Numbered from the whole stretch's first letter, positions 1-13,385 are shown. The stretch is 63,099 nucleotides of DNA, filler included, from Choristocarpus tenellus KU-1152 (GCA_964200185.2; 12 parts of 12 records of this genome joined end to end with filler, not necessarily neighbours in it); one strand, 5' to 3'. Notes: generated from the sequence alone by a model not told the origin. Numbers and translations are program-made.

Positions 1-272
1 GGGGGGGGGATACACGGGGCAGAGAAACGGAGAAAAATACACAACACTGAACGGTCACAGGGGTGGACAACGCCTCCCAAGTCCTTCCAGAAGGTTCCAC
101 CACAACATCGTAGCGGCTGAAGACAGGAAGAATACTTCAGTCCACAAAGCTCGTAAATCTATAACCTGTTTTCTAGCAAGGTGGAAACGATGAGTTCACA
201 GTACTAGGAATATCATCAACTTTGAGCACAGATATACCGTGCAACACTACTACTAACCAAGGGAAGGGGTGA

Positions 273-3200
273 TCACGCCCCCATGGTCAGTTTCAGGTTT
301 TGCACTTCGTGCAAGAGTTTGATTCGGGGCCCCTTGGGGAAACCAAGATCCTTTAAATCTTCCTGCAAGAGTGGATTTTGGTACAGAGAATTGAGGATGC
401 AACGGTGGATGGGCCATCATGATGAGTTGAAGAACAGAGCCTTGGCTAGATGTAACAACATTAAAAAAAAGGTTGCTCACTTCGTGCAACGATGGCTCAA
501 AGAGCAGGGGTAGACATGGTACTGATAGGCAATGTTATCTTACACCTGTTTGAACCACAGACATTCTGACTCTCCCTACAATACTCTGCTGCTCAAAATT
601 GTGTGGCAGTCCTTAAAGTCAAGTTCAGCAAAACATTATCAAATGCCAACACAAACATATGTGTGTGTAGGAGCTCATGGAGGGGAATGTCGTACAATAC
701 TGCTCTAATCAGAAAAGAACTTGAAAGATTAACCTGTGGAGTCTGCAATGTGAACTTGCACACAACACACCTCGCCAAAGAGTCGTAGCGCATTGATGTC
801 CACCTCTGCCTCAGCCAGTACCGGGACATACTTGTCCAGGTTAAGTCTAGCCAAAATTGCTTTCACTCCAGAAGTCCCAGCATAATCTTCCTCAGGAGAT
901 GGAGATGGAGTTAGACATCTCCGCATCACTTGTGTCGTGTCTTGCCCCCTATCAAAGATGTTGTGTCCATGATGCGTGGCGGGGGAACCTGAGCCAGAGC
1001 CTGCTCCAGAGAGAGAACTAGAACCAAACACTGAACCCGATGCAGGCGAACTGGGAGCACCTCCAATGCTCAACAAGCCTGACCCAAAGAGCCCATACTC
1101 TGGAACTCTATCAGTATTTCCAACAAATTGTTCATTTCCCTGGCTATGATATCTAGTGACTGTGGTGCCTGATGGTGGTCCACCACCACCACCACCACAG
1201 GCACTTCCACCTTCACTATTGTGAATGTCACCACCAAGCAGACCTGGACCAACTAGAATTTGACCTCTATTAAACCCCTCCAAGGCAACATCATCTACAG
1301 AGCCAAACAAATGGCTTTGTTGCTCAGCTCTCACTGCTGCTGCAACTGGAAGATGCTGCCGAGAGGGGGGAGAATTGATTCCGAAAGTGAGAGGCCCAGC
1401 ACTCTCTACAAACAGGCCCCTTGAGGGATTGTACTGAGGAAATACGTGCACACCCTCTCTGTTAACACCATCATGGGAAAGTCCACCCCTTTGAATGGCT
1501 GTATGTGGAAAGTGCGATGGCATCGCTAGTCCTGACTGTAATGCAGAGGAGGTTGGGTGTGTGTTTGCGAGTGTAGACGGCCCAAACGCCAAAGATGACC
1601 ATGAAAATCTATTATTCGGCAAAGATGACAACGGGGTGGCAGCATTAGCAACGGAGACAGTGTCGAGCACAGCTTCTCTTCCTTGAGGGCCTACTGCAGC
1701 AGACATTGGCAGTTGTTGCTCAAGGGATAGGCATCCTTTCGCAATACCCTCAACGACAGGCACACCTTCTGGGAAGAAAGTCGGTGCACCCCTTGACTGC
1801 TCTCTATCGTTTGCAACCCGACTCTGACTCTGACTCTGACCATGACTCTGGCCCTGGCTCCGCCCCCTTCCCCGCCCCCGCGCCTTGCCCACTTGAGAAG
1901 ACAGGCTTTGGCCAGGAGTAGCGCCATTTGCAGGATCATTGGTCTCCTCCCAGGAGACCTTGGCGATGGGTGTGGTACCTTCAATATAGCCTCGGAGAAT
2001 ACCCATGAGGTACGCGCTTTTGTTATTGATGTCACTTCGATGTTTGGAGGCCTCACGGTAGTTCTTCAACGCTGCAAGTGCCTGTTCCTCCCCAAGTCGT
2101 GCTAGCTGCTTGATGAGTCCAACATCTTCAAGCACAGCTCTGTCCTTCCCTGACTCAAACACCTTCTCCAGCTGCTTGCGCACTGCAGGCTGTAGAAATG
2201 ATATTGGACGGTGTCCAGCAGTTGATCCACTTAACACCCCTGACCTTGTGCAATTTGCGCTTGAGCTCCCTAACCCTGCAGCAAATGATGTAGTGGAGGA
2301 GGAAACAACAATAGGTGCTGTTGCAACCAATGCTGAATTAGTGGTAGTAGCAGGCATTGGTAGTAACTGTGAGTGTGCAGGGGTATTACTTGACGTAACT
2401 GCAGCACTGCTCTCCTGATATTGCTTCAAAAAGCCAATGAGGTATCCACACTTGTTGTTGATTGCATCACGACCTCGGTGCTGAACAGTGGCACGGTACT
2501 TTTTGAGTGCTGTCAATGCCTGATAAGGATAGAAAATAGAAGGATCAGACTATAATCCGGCATTATCTCAGCAGGCAGAAACTGGTTACAATGAACAATC
2601 AATATTGCTTAATGTTGGTGATTGCTTACCTTGTACTTGGCTGCTGCAACGACTCTTCCTCTATCAAAGCAATTTCTATACAGTAGGAGAAAGAGCTGAT
2701 TGCAAATGCAGAGATATCTTCTCAAAAGCCAGGGGGCTAAGAACTGTGTAAATAAACACTTACCAGTCAACAGTCCATGGAAGGTGCACAACAAGAGGAC
2801 AACAATGCAGCAATTTGCCACTTTCGACATGTATTGTTATCATGACAACATAGAATACTACTTCTCAGTTGCAATTGCTACACCACAGGATCTGACAGCA
2901 ATGTTACACTGTTCCCATTACTTTACAACACAGCTCATCCACAGATTGGTCGGATTGTTTTCTGTCTTGAATCTAATCCCAATAACAACTAATCCTTGTC
3001 CGCAGTCCAAAGCAATTAAACAAAAATGTATTCCGGGAACAGTAGTCTACCGCCCTATTGGAGAATGAAGTCAAATTACACTGCTTCTTGCATTTAGGTT
3101 AAATGTGACAGTACCTGTTGCTCAGGAACCTTGGCTAGAAGTTCCATTAGCGCCCTGTCCTCAAGCACCACCCGATCAGTCACCGGGTCAAATACACCTT

Positions 3201-3747
3201 CAACAGCTCTGCGCAGCACTGGACTCATTCGATCCACCAGTCGTTGCGAAGAAACAGTAGTAGTGGACAGTCCAAGCTTACAGGACTGGATCAGCGACAT
3301 GAGATACGCCGCCTTATTTTGGATCTTTCCGCTTCCCTGCCGCTGGACATTTGCACTGTACGTGTCCAAAACCTTCAGGGCCTACGCGAAACGTCAAGGT
3401 GGGAAGAGCAGTCGTACAGTCCGGATCGAGGATGTAGTTAATACACAACGATCAAATAGCAGGATAGTCAAGATCTCATGGCAGAAGTAGGTGAGGTATC
3501 ACAAGGATGGCGCACATAGAACTTGATGAAGATCAACTGACACCAACAGCGTGGAGCAGAAAGGGGCAATACAATTCCGGCACACCTGCTTAGTCTGAAG
3601 CTCTGATAGTCCACTCATAAGAGGCTCGTCCTTCAAAACTGAGCGATCGTTGTCCACTGAAAACACCTCCTCCGCTCTGGACCGCACTGGCGCTCTTAGC
3701 TGGTCCAGAGCTCCACGACCAGCCGATCTAGTCGTTTGTCTTGGCAT
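273..3747 (-). CDS. Complete 4-exon gene (3747-3586, 3381-3115, 2519-771, 362-273; 755 aa): three hnRNP-Q/R N-terminal acidic (NURR)-like helical repeats, RG/SQ low-complexity linker, C-terminal SAM domain
   Basis: All three introns are GT-AG, phase 0, and join into one open frame. Repeats end in IQNKAAYLMSLIQ, INNKCGYLIGFLK and INNKSAYLMGILR (cf. hnRNP Q VQNKSAFLCGVMK). The spliced C-terminus reads VKAILARLNLDKYVPVLAEAEVDINALRLFGE|EDLKDLGFPKGPRIKLLHEVQNL, a typical SAM consensus. Confidence 0.8.
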
Positions 3748-5682
3748 ATTAAGCCCAGCAAAAGTCTTTCTGATCCACATACACAGAGGTGTGGTCCGAA
3801 GGCAATTAAATTCAAAAGGGCGTCGTTGAATTGCGATAGGGCATTCAAATCCTGAGCAAAGGTACAGTGGGATTCGAGCAGAGTATGATGTTGACACTAA
3901 CACAAGTCTTTCTCCATTAGGTGAAAATGGTGCCAACAACATATGCCTTTGCTTCGAAAGCTAGATATCAAGTAATGTTTGAAATCAACCCAAGGATTAG
4001 AGTGTACTCCTGTTCGCACGAGGTGTACCACTCAGGACCGGATATCATGCGGACAGATTTCTATGGACGAAAAAGTTGTCTTACCAATGGCCTAGAAAAT
4101 TGAGAGGCTTAGCTCTCAATTAGATAGATTAAGCAGGACCAGAAGCGTCCCACCAGGGATGAGCCCCTTTCTTGGTCCCTTTCCCAGCTAACCTCCTGTC
4201 GTGCTTGACCCTTGACCACTGTCCCCTGTTCGCGCGAGTCAAACTGTGCGCTTTGCGCGAGACATGGATTTGAAAAAGTGCATTAGGGTGTTTGGAGTTG
4301 GCGATTACTACGAAAAGAAAAAAATGTTTATTGATTTTCCATCATAATATGATGAGTTGGGATGGTAAGTAAGTACAACGTACAACAACACAATAGTAGA
4401 ACAGAAAAAGAACAGTTCTATATTGTTATGTAATATTTATGGTTGGGCTGGTTTATTGTGGGTGTTTGATTGTCCAAATAAATAAATTCTCGTTGGTCAA
4501 GAACACAAAAGTCAAAGTCCAAATGACCTAATATCTGATAGATACGTACACATACAGAATTGGAATATATGGACACCATCTTTCTTTTTCATTAAATTAT
4601 AGTCCTTAATAATCGCCTTCGCGCGACGTACCTAACGCGCAGAGCCACCCAAAATTGGTTTCCATCTATGTTCAATCAACCAACTTTCACGAACAGCATA
4701 AAGTACAAGTTGGTGTCATCCACCACCCGTTCACATTCAAGCAAGGTTACTACTGTGTTGTAATTCGTAGAACTGTAGCACTACGCATGCACCTCGTTAT
4801 GAGAAGGGAGGTGGAGGGGGGGGGCATGGTGTCCAGATTTTCCCTGAGTGGGCCACCTTCACAAATAGATAGGTGATAGATCTCAACAGTACTTTTTCCA
4901 CTATATATTTTCTCATTGTTGAAACTTGCACATTTTGGACACTTCGTCAAACTAATAATACAACTTGAGTAACGACGGATGATACCTGTCTCCAAAATGA
5001 TGACCACACGATTATCACCACATATATGCTTCACTAGAATACTCCCACTACACAATATAGTAACAGAGGTGTTGCACTGGAAAAGTAGATCATACTAAGA
5101 TGTTATTAGTAGCTACTATTACTGCATGCAGAGTGGTGGATACCTGTAACAACTATTGTCAGACACACCTGATCCCTTTCTTTCCTCCGCCAGTACTGCC
5201 CAACCATTTTTTACTAAATAGTTGAAGAGATGGTTGACTCAGAGTGAGACTAGTCCTTGTGCTATCAGGAAGGACCCTGGTCTGTCATGCTTGAATTCCT
5301 TTTTGACTGCTTTCAAGGTCATAGTTACACACAGACCTCGCAGCTACACATAACGCATTATGTACTTTTTAGGTCAACCGTCAAATTTTGCACAACAGGC
5401 AGCCACAGACCCGCTTTGCATGGGTCATCCATTCTACACAGGCACAGCAAGTCCCTTCTTCTACCCAGGTACATTCCACCCCATCGCCATTCCTCCTGGT
5501 CAAGGCGGAGAAGCATCCTTGCCAGCTACGTGTGTATGTTTTGGCTCAATCGTCAAATTTTGTACCAGTAGCCCCCGGTACACATGAATGGTGGATTCAA
5601 CCACCAAAGCTCAAGATTGTGTTTTCTGTTCTGACTGGTTACAACCAAATCACAGTGGAGATTGATCCACATGACACTCTGA

Positions 5683-5850
5683 GACCCAAAGTATCTGGGG
5701 GGGAGGGGAGGGTCTGCACCAGGGTGCCCATTTGGTCCATAACCAAGAAAACGGCACTTGTTATCCATCCGACGTATCCAACCAAATCACAAAAAAAAAT
5801 TAGCGACATGAAAAAATGACCCCAATTGGACAGCTGCCACAACCTGCACC
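5683..5850 (+). mobile_element. MITE family B copy, right end degraded at the contig edge
   Basis: Starts GACCCAAAGTATCTGGGGGG; the body matches the reverse complement of 23637-23820 and the copy at 59947. Confidence 0.75.
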
Positions 5851-5887
5851 CCTCTAAACCAACAAAACCAAGACACAACCCAGCAAC

Positions 5888-5987
5888 NNNNNNNNNNNNN
5901 NNNNNNNNNNNNNNNNNNNNNNNNNNNNNNNTTAATTAATTAANNNNNNNNNNNNNNNNNNNNNNNNNNNNNNNNNNNNNNNNNNNN
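5888..5987. other. Artificial contig spacer (first of 11)
   Basis: 44 N + TTAATTAATTAA (stops in all six frames) + 44 N. The same spacer lies at 13070-13169, 20297-20396, 24384-24483, 28163-28262, 30903-31002, 35574-35673, 40735-40834, 49800-49899, 56553-56652 and 60105-60204. Confidence 0.98.
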
Positions 5988-8161
5988 GGGCGTGCAGGGT
6001 AAGAGGGGCCCCTTTTCGCATCGAGTGATTTGTTTAATATGTTTTAGTGATTGTTGCCTGTTCCTGTTGTGCCGCTAGCCTCATGATGCTATGTCACTGC
6101 AAACGTTTACTCCCAACCGTAAGGGCATTCATTGACTCACTTCAGTGTCGCCCCTAGCACTAAGCATCATGTTGTTGACATTCAGATCGATTCAGACCGC
6201 TTCTTCCGAGAATTGACTAAATGGAGACGTTTGATTCCTCGTTCCTGTAAAATTTGGTTCAGCAAACGGCAGGGTCCGTAGCGACCAAAAGCTGTTGAGA
6301 AGTGGAGAGTTTTTTTTTTTTAATAAGGAATGCGTATCACTCCATCCGATTCCTTGGCATTTGCTTGGGATGATGTGATGGCTGACGAGTGATGCTAGCT
6401 TCTCTCCCTTGACGTGACCAATACCTGCAGTGCTAAAGTGGCGACCAACTACCAGTTGTGATGTTCCTTGAGCAATGCCTCCTGCTGCTGAAGAGGAAAG
6501 ACCTTCGCAACGACCAGGAGTCCCCTGAGTTTCCATGTCTGTACTATGTGAAAGTCAAGACTATTGTTCTGGGTGTGATAGGTCAGGGGACTCCCAGGAG
6601 TTGGAAGTTTTTCACTCTTTGGAAGGAGGCGTTGTTCAAGAAACATCAAGGCTGGGGTTGGTGGCCACTGTAGTAACGGCAATGTCATAGGGAGGGGATC
6701 TGAGTAAGCCTTCTGCTCCAGAACATGTTGCAGTTGCCGATGTGGAGGGCAGAGTGCTCGAAAATGCAGAGAGGGATACAGTTACAGATCCTGCTCCTAA
6801 ATTGGTGAAGATACCTGTGATGTAAGGCGGGTTGAGTTTCAAAGGTCTTCTTGTTCTGAGCAACACAAGAGAGAGCAGGAAAGGACAAGGGCCTTGTCTG
6901 TTTGAATGGTTTGGAGAACTGCAAGACCCTTTTTCCACAGAATGCACACCTTGGATGATATGAATGAAGATGCAAGAGGCCCAAAGTTGCACAGTAAGCA
7001 GCATAGAACATACAACTCTTTCGAGTTTCACACCTCCAACATAGATGAAGATTTTGCCAGCTGATCCTTGTTGACATCAAATACGAGAACTTGCCTCGAA
7101 GACTGGCCTGCAATGGGGTGTTCATATCAAATGTTGAGACATCGCTGTACCACCAGGGAAGTCAGTCACACAACTGCATGCCAAGGTGATAGCATAGTGA
7201 TATCTCAATATTTTGCAAAAATCAGAGGCTGGGGCTCTACCTGGCTTGATCTGTGAGTCATCTCCCCACTAGTCGCAACTCTCTGCCTCAATGGTACGTG
7301 GTATTTCAATGTTTTAAAAAAATCAGAGGCTGGGATGCTACCCTGCATACCCCGTAGGCCATCACCCCACTTTCCATGTACTCAAATGGTGACACAGCTA
7401 ACTGCACCCATGGCATCGTGATATCTAATTGTCTGACAGCTCACAGTCTGCCCTTGCCATTGGGAAAGCCATCATCCCAGTTTCCAAACGGTGCTAGTCA
7501 AGTAGTCCTACTCACATACCATGTACTATCTGGAAGTCCAAATGCCTACCGCCATCCACAATTGCCAAGGCACATGCACAGAGTGGACCAACACACCTAC
7601 TAGCCAAGTGTTGTGGTAACGGAGTGAGTGCCTTTGCTACCACCAACCAGGAGCAAAGGCTTAACCTTTACACCATTCCACTATCTACTTCACTCTCACT
7701 TCCATTGAGTTGTTTGTTCAGCATCACATGCAAATTTTGGGTCCAACAGCTCCACCAAATTGCTTGGGACTCTGTTTGATAGTGGTCATATGAACGTACT
7801 GGCATCCCTTGCTGTCCTTGGGTGCTTACAGAAGAATATTCTACTGCGTTGTGATGGAAATTGCACACTACCTTGGGGTGACGGCATCCTTGTCTACTGT
7901 ATCCCATGTTGAACACTGTTTATATTCATGCATACGTCATCTGTTGTGTCTCCTGTTACACATCAATCACCGCATCATCTTCACTTTTCCTTACCTCTCT
8001 GATTCTTCCTTCATCTGTGAAGGAGAGATATCATCCATCAGATGTGTGCCCTCTCTCTATTTGTAGAGGTGTGAAGAGGTTAATGTGGTGATGGTGCTGG
8101 GGGGTTATGTGGTTTGAAAATGACCTCAGAGAGCATAAGAGTGTACAAATATGGATAGCCT

Positions 8162-8420
8162 GGGCCAAAGCATTTAGGAGGGTAGGGCCTCGTCCGTTCG
8201 GAGTCATAAATCCCTTTGTTGCGATTTCGATTAATTTTTGGCTATTGTGTTTGTTAGCAAGTGCCTTTATTCTTGCTCTGGACACACCTGCCATAGTGGC
8301 ATACACTTTAGGTAACTGTGTTCACACCGAAAACCGAAATAGGGCATAAAATGCCTGTGGGAAGCCAAGCCCTGAACAGGCAAAGAGACAGAACTCCTAC
8401 CCTCTTAAATGCTCTGAGTC
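8162..8420 (+). mobile_element. MITE family A (subfamily A2) with a perfect 4-bp TSD (GCCT)
   Basis: Left end GGGCCAAAGCATTTAGGAGGGTAGG; right end reverse-complements to GACTCAGAGCATTTAAGAGGGTAGG; flanked by GCCT at 8158-8161 and 8421-8424. Confidence 0.85.
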
Positions 8421-8809
8421 GCCTATTTGTATGATGGGTAGGAATGGAGTTACTACGTAGTATCTTGCAAAATGACACTGGAAAAAGCGAGGGCATAATC
8501 AAATTCTTACCGTCCTGGTGGGGGTGTGTGGATGTGTGTTCCTTTTGAGCGAGCCATTCGGACCATTTTTTGGTCTAAGTACACCATCTTCGTGTCGTTA
8601 GGAATGTGACCCACATCTAGCAGGATTAATATACAAGAGGAGCACTTATAGAGTGCCACAGATTGCTTTATTGTGCTACGAACTACGATGCCCTAGCCCT
8701 TAACCTCGCTCAGGGTCAAGGACCACCCACGACCTCGTCCTCCTTGTCAGTAGTGATCTCAGCGAGCTTCAAGCAGGCGTGAGTCAAAGTAAATAAGAGG
8801 TATCTAGAG

Positions 8810-9051
8810 TTGCATATTATAAGGATGCTTGGAAATGTGTGGAAAATTCGTTTTTTTTTCTATAAATGTGTATATATATAGTATATTTTCTTAGTTGTGT
8901 CAGAAAAGGTTCAAACAATAAGAGAAATAAATGCTCTGGAGTCAAACTTCAAACTTCATCCATAGAAATATTGTTGAATTGCAAAATATTGAAGAAAGTC
9001 CTTAGAATGCAGAACGCCCAAAACCTGTGTATCTGCTGTTTACTTTGGCTC
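8810..9051 (+). repeat. Diverged dispersed repeat, family C copy 1 (boundaries approximate)
   Basis: Shares ordered blocks with ~60624-60851 (TAAGGATGC..AAATGTGTG, TTGTGTC..TCAAACAAT, GGAGTCAAA, TTTRCTTTGGCTC) and, more weakly, with ~26683-26863. Confidence 0.55.
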
Positions 9052-12000
9052 TTGAGATACGGAACCATGGCGATTCAAACCCGTGAAAACCAGTCAGGGA
9101 ACACCCTTGATAACCACTGAGCCATGCGGATACTCCTACGTACCATGTCTTCAATTTGAGTGTCATGGGTTTAACATAGTGTTGAGAGTAATCTTGGCCA
9201 GGGTGTCTAATAGGTGTTACTACAGGAGGAGCCTAGAGTCAAGCAGCCCCAAGCCTTAGAATCATGTAGCCCCAGTCTACCCCGCAGAACCCTCATCTGG
9301 GAAGAGACATCTTTTCATGGAATTTTGGCATTGACTATCCTTAGTCCACGTGACAAGCACTACAGATTGTATAAGCTGAATAGTCCTATGTCAGTTCATA
9401 ACACAAACACCGGACCAAGAAAAAGGTGGCAGGGCTTTATCACTACCTAACCAAGACCGGTGTGGGTCCAGCATAAGTATCAAGGGAGGAGGTAGAGTGA
9501 CGAGCTGTGGGATGGCTTAACTTGATGCATGAAAAGCAAGGCAAGAACAGAGACAGCAGAATTAGTTGTAGTGCAACAACAGTTAAGTTATTGTAGATAG
9601 TGTAGTAAGTAGTTAGTGCAGTGTGCGTTGCCTCTGACCATGGGTCGGGATAGTTCATCATCTGAACTCTAGATTTTACAACATACTTCTTAGTAGTACA
9701 TATGAAGGCCCATAAACGTTTTAGTCCAAAAACATACAGACAGCTTATACTACGCCCTACAACATTCCATTTTGACTAAACTATCCATTGCCCAGAAAAT
9801 CCAGTCCCAAATGTGCTCATCAGATGTTTTTACTACTGGTGTTGTGAACTGCAGTGATTGGATCAACTTGGTGCAATGCCCCGAGGAACAATCGGCACAG
9901 TTATTGAAGAGGTGTGATTAGTCAGTTTTTTTGTTCTATTTTATGCACCAGGAACCACATGGCGGGGGCCCCAGGTGACAACAAGCCTCTCACTGTATCT
10001 CAATACTCGCTTGCATGTATTTCTCCATCCATGGCTATGAATAGAAAATAGCAATCTCTTTCATTTTTTTCTGTATTTGGTCCATGTTGACTTGTATACA
10101 GAACAAAAGACCACATGGTTGTGTTTTGTTGTACATGTTCTCTCAACAATGACACCTGTCTCGAGAATGTCTGTAATGATGGAGTAACAGAGTAGATAAA
10201 ACAGTATACTAAATTTTTTTTATAGTTTTCAAATGATTGATGATGATGATAAATGCCTCTTGACAACCCCACAGTCGCACATCCTCCAGTCCGGCAATAG
10301 TCTCGTCTCAGATATTATCGGAGATGGTGTTCTGGCAGCGGAAAAAGAGTACTGAAATAGGTTCAAATCCATTTTTTTACACCCCAGCCCCAGGTCCTCA
10401 TCATCAATCAGTCAGCGGACACTTTGCATCACTACAGTGCTACATGCACGCTTTGAGTCGAAAGAATAAAAATTGTGGAGCCGATTTGATTTACACCATA
10501 GAAATATTTTGATTCACAAGACTTGAGGTTTAGTTTCGGCTCGTAACCTTCAAGATGAAAAATGCATCACTCCTACAAGAAAGCAGCTCATCTACACTGC
10601 TTCACTCTGTGTTATTGCTGAGTTTGCTCAACATACGTTGATTCCCACAGCATTTGACTTCCGATCATACGTTTATTTTATCTCCCAATATACACTCAAA
10701 CCCAAGAGATGTATACTGTTACTGAGAATATTTGTTATCCCCACTTTGTACTGTTCACCTGGTCGCGATGAAGCCTTGCCACCACGGTTCAGTTTTTTTG
10801 TGAGTTTTTTTGGTGGGTTAGCGACAAAGAGGAGGGTACAACCAACAGTAGTAGACGAGAACATGTGTATAGTGTTGTATGTGTAATAATATTTGTAAAA
10901 ATGTATGTACAAGAGTGTTTTGTGTTGTGGAAGTGTTACGTTGTGTTTGTTGTGTTTGTTTTGGTACAAAGGAATTTGAAATTGTGGATAATAGGTCGAT
11001 AAGGAAATGAAAGTGAAAAGTCAAAATTGAAAATTTTGATACTTTCCATGGCACTTTGCAAAGATGTATCCAGGATCATGAGAGGGATCCTGTTCAAGGC
11101 ATTGCCCTGATACTACCCAAGTGCAAAAAGTTCTTTCTCGCTGAGTGACGTTTTGAGGGTGTACGAGGGCTTGTCAACTCTAGAAATCTCGAGAGGAAGC
11201 GAAGCACCAAGAGGAAGTTTGAGGATGATGCTGAAATGTACCAGGATAGCTGCGATTACCAGGGTAGCGATGGCAACGGCCCTGTTAGACCCGAGAGCAG
11301 CCGCCTTGAAAAAACAGCTTGGCATCTTGGCGTTCGGACTCTCAGACACAGTCAATATCCTCGGCAAGTCTCGGTGAGAAGTGGCGAACCGTACTTTGTA
11401 GTAACAGTGACAAGTGCCAGCCCTAATTGCAAAGATGTTTGTGGTTGGTATACAGTTAATGTTGCAGCAGCATGTTAGGTCGTTACATGCGCCAAAAACC
11501 CGGTTTACTGGGTTCCCAAGACCCAACATCGAGTGTTGAGGGGGTTATACGGACTCTACCTTAGGCACTGATGAGGGGGGCACCAAATTCTGCCATCAGG
11601 GGCACGTGGAGTTTAAGCCTAGAAATATCTCAAGAGAGGCGAACATCGAGCATTATAGGGGTCACACCGCCAGGAAAATTGTTTCCAGTGGATCTTCCAG
11701 ATCTTTTCCTCAAATGAAAACGAGATTAAATCTCAAGGTGGTCACCACGTCTTCCGACTCCTCTCAGCTCCTCTGACACGTCTGCATTGACTATGCCATG
11801 TCTGGCGAGCACCTCAAAACATGGGAGCTACAGTTTTGAAAGACCCGACGAGAGTAGTTTCTTGCATTATACTGCAGACCATTCTTGTGCTGCCAAGAGG
11901 TGACTCAGAGAATAGTTCAAATTAGAACACCGAGTACTAGTATGGACACTGCATTACCGTCAGTCTGGATTTATCCATTGCAAAACGTGCATCAGTAATT

Positions 12001-13169
12001 GCATTATTAACTCTCACACTTAAGTTGAGAATGATCCATGCTTTTAGTTTTTAGAACTTTGGAGGAGTAGTAGATGTTAGCATTGTTGTACCGAAGTTAG
12101 GGTTAGAGTTTTAGGGTTAGTATTACACAGCACAGTAGTGAAATGACCACACATTCAGCATGCTATTGAGATGGGTATGTGTTATGAGATATTGAAGGCC
12201 CAATAGCAAAGTAGAATATATCACCAAGTAGGACAAAAGGCAAGATTCGCGTATGTATACATAGATGTGCGTGTTGAGAAACATATCCGCACTGTTGGAG
12301 ACTGCAGGGAATGTTCCTGCAGGAGAGTGAGTGGATTAGATATATATATTTTTTGTTAGCAGTACTTGAAGATATATGTATATATATATAGAGAGAGAGA
12401 GATGGGCTGTTGTAGAACGCGGTACTATTGCAAATAGTACTATTGTAAGAGATCAATGCGCAAACATCACAGAGTATTCTGTACGATTGACCAAAAAGAC
12501 ACATGATAAGACCTCTACCTGTATTTCAGACTGTTCAATATCTGAGAAGAAACAGCTGCCTTGTGACTAGACCTCTGCAGGAGGTATTTTCTTGTAAGGG
12601 AGTGGTGATGCACAGAATTCGGGAGTAGTGAATGGAATCAGAACTTCCATGTATGTCGATTTTTAAGGCAAGAAAGTGACTCAATGTGTGATGTTGATAG
12701 ATATTTTATCAACTTGCAGATGAGTAACTTCTACAATAGAGTTGGTGCTGTTCACATTTCCTGTAGAATGTATGGGGAGGCGGTGCATTAGCTGCTCCTT
12801 TCCCTGCAGAATTGTGGGCAAGTTTTAAAGAAAAATGGAGACGGAGATTGTTTACTGATTGTGGAAGGTGCTCCAGTGCTTGAGAAGGGATGTCACATCT
12901 ATCAACAGCCAAATTTTGAGAGATGTTAATATATCATACTGTCGGGAAAGCTAATATTTCCTTTTCAATGCATGCCCCCCCCCGTCTTGCCCCCGCCTGT
13001 CCCCTTCTCCTTTTCTCCACCCCACCCCCCCCCTGCAATGCCCAACCTCCACCCTCTTGACATCCAAACNNNNNNNNNNNNNNNNNNNNNNNNNNNNNNN
13101 NNNNNNNNNNNNNTTAATTAATTAANNNNNNNNNNNNNNNNNNNNNNNNNNNNNNNNNNNNNNNNNNNN

Positions 13170-13385
13170 GTTTCCCCCTGACACATCTGCAAAATGTCAG
13201 AGGGCATAATAATATAATAATAACTATTGAAACCTGTTGTTCGTCTTTCACTCAGGTTTGGCGGTATAGTGGAAGATGAATGGTAGTACAATTCGCAGAC
13301 CAAGTTAGAAGTACTTAGTAGGATTCAAATGATATATTTTATTATTATGCCCTCTGACATTTTCCAGATGCATCAGGGGGGAAAC
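13170..13385. mobile_element. ~216-bp foldback/MITE-like element with 44-45-bp inverted arms
   Basis: Arm 13170-13213 is the near-perfect reverse complement of 13341-13385; the inner 23 bp AAAATGTCAGAGGGCATAATAAT are perfect. The left flank is lost at the contig edge. Confidence 0.65.

Noticed and set aside
1070-2418. Several overlapping ORFs on the opposite strand or in other frames
   Set aside because: They are shadows of the long GC-rich exon 2519-771. The same applies to shadow ORFs within 37190-38203, 51346-54042 and 58722-59754.
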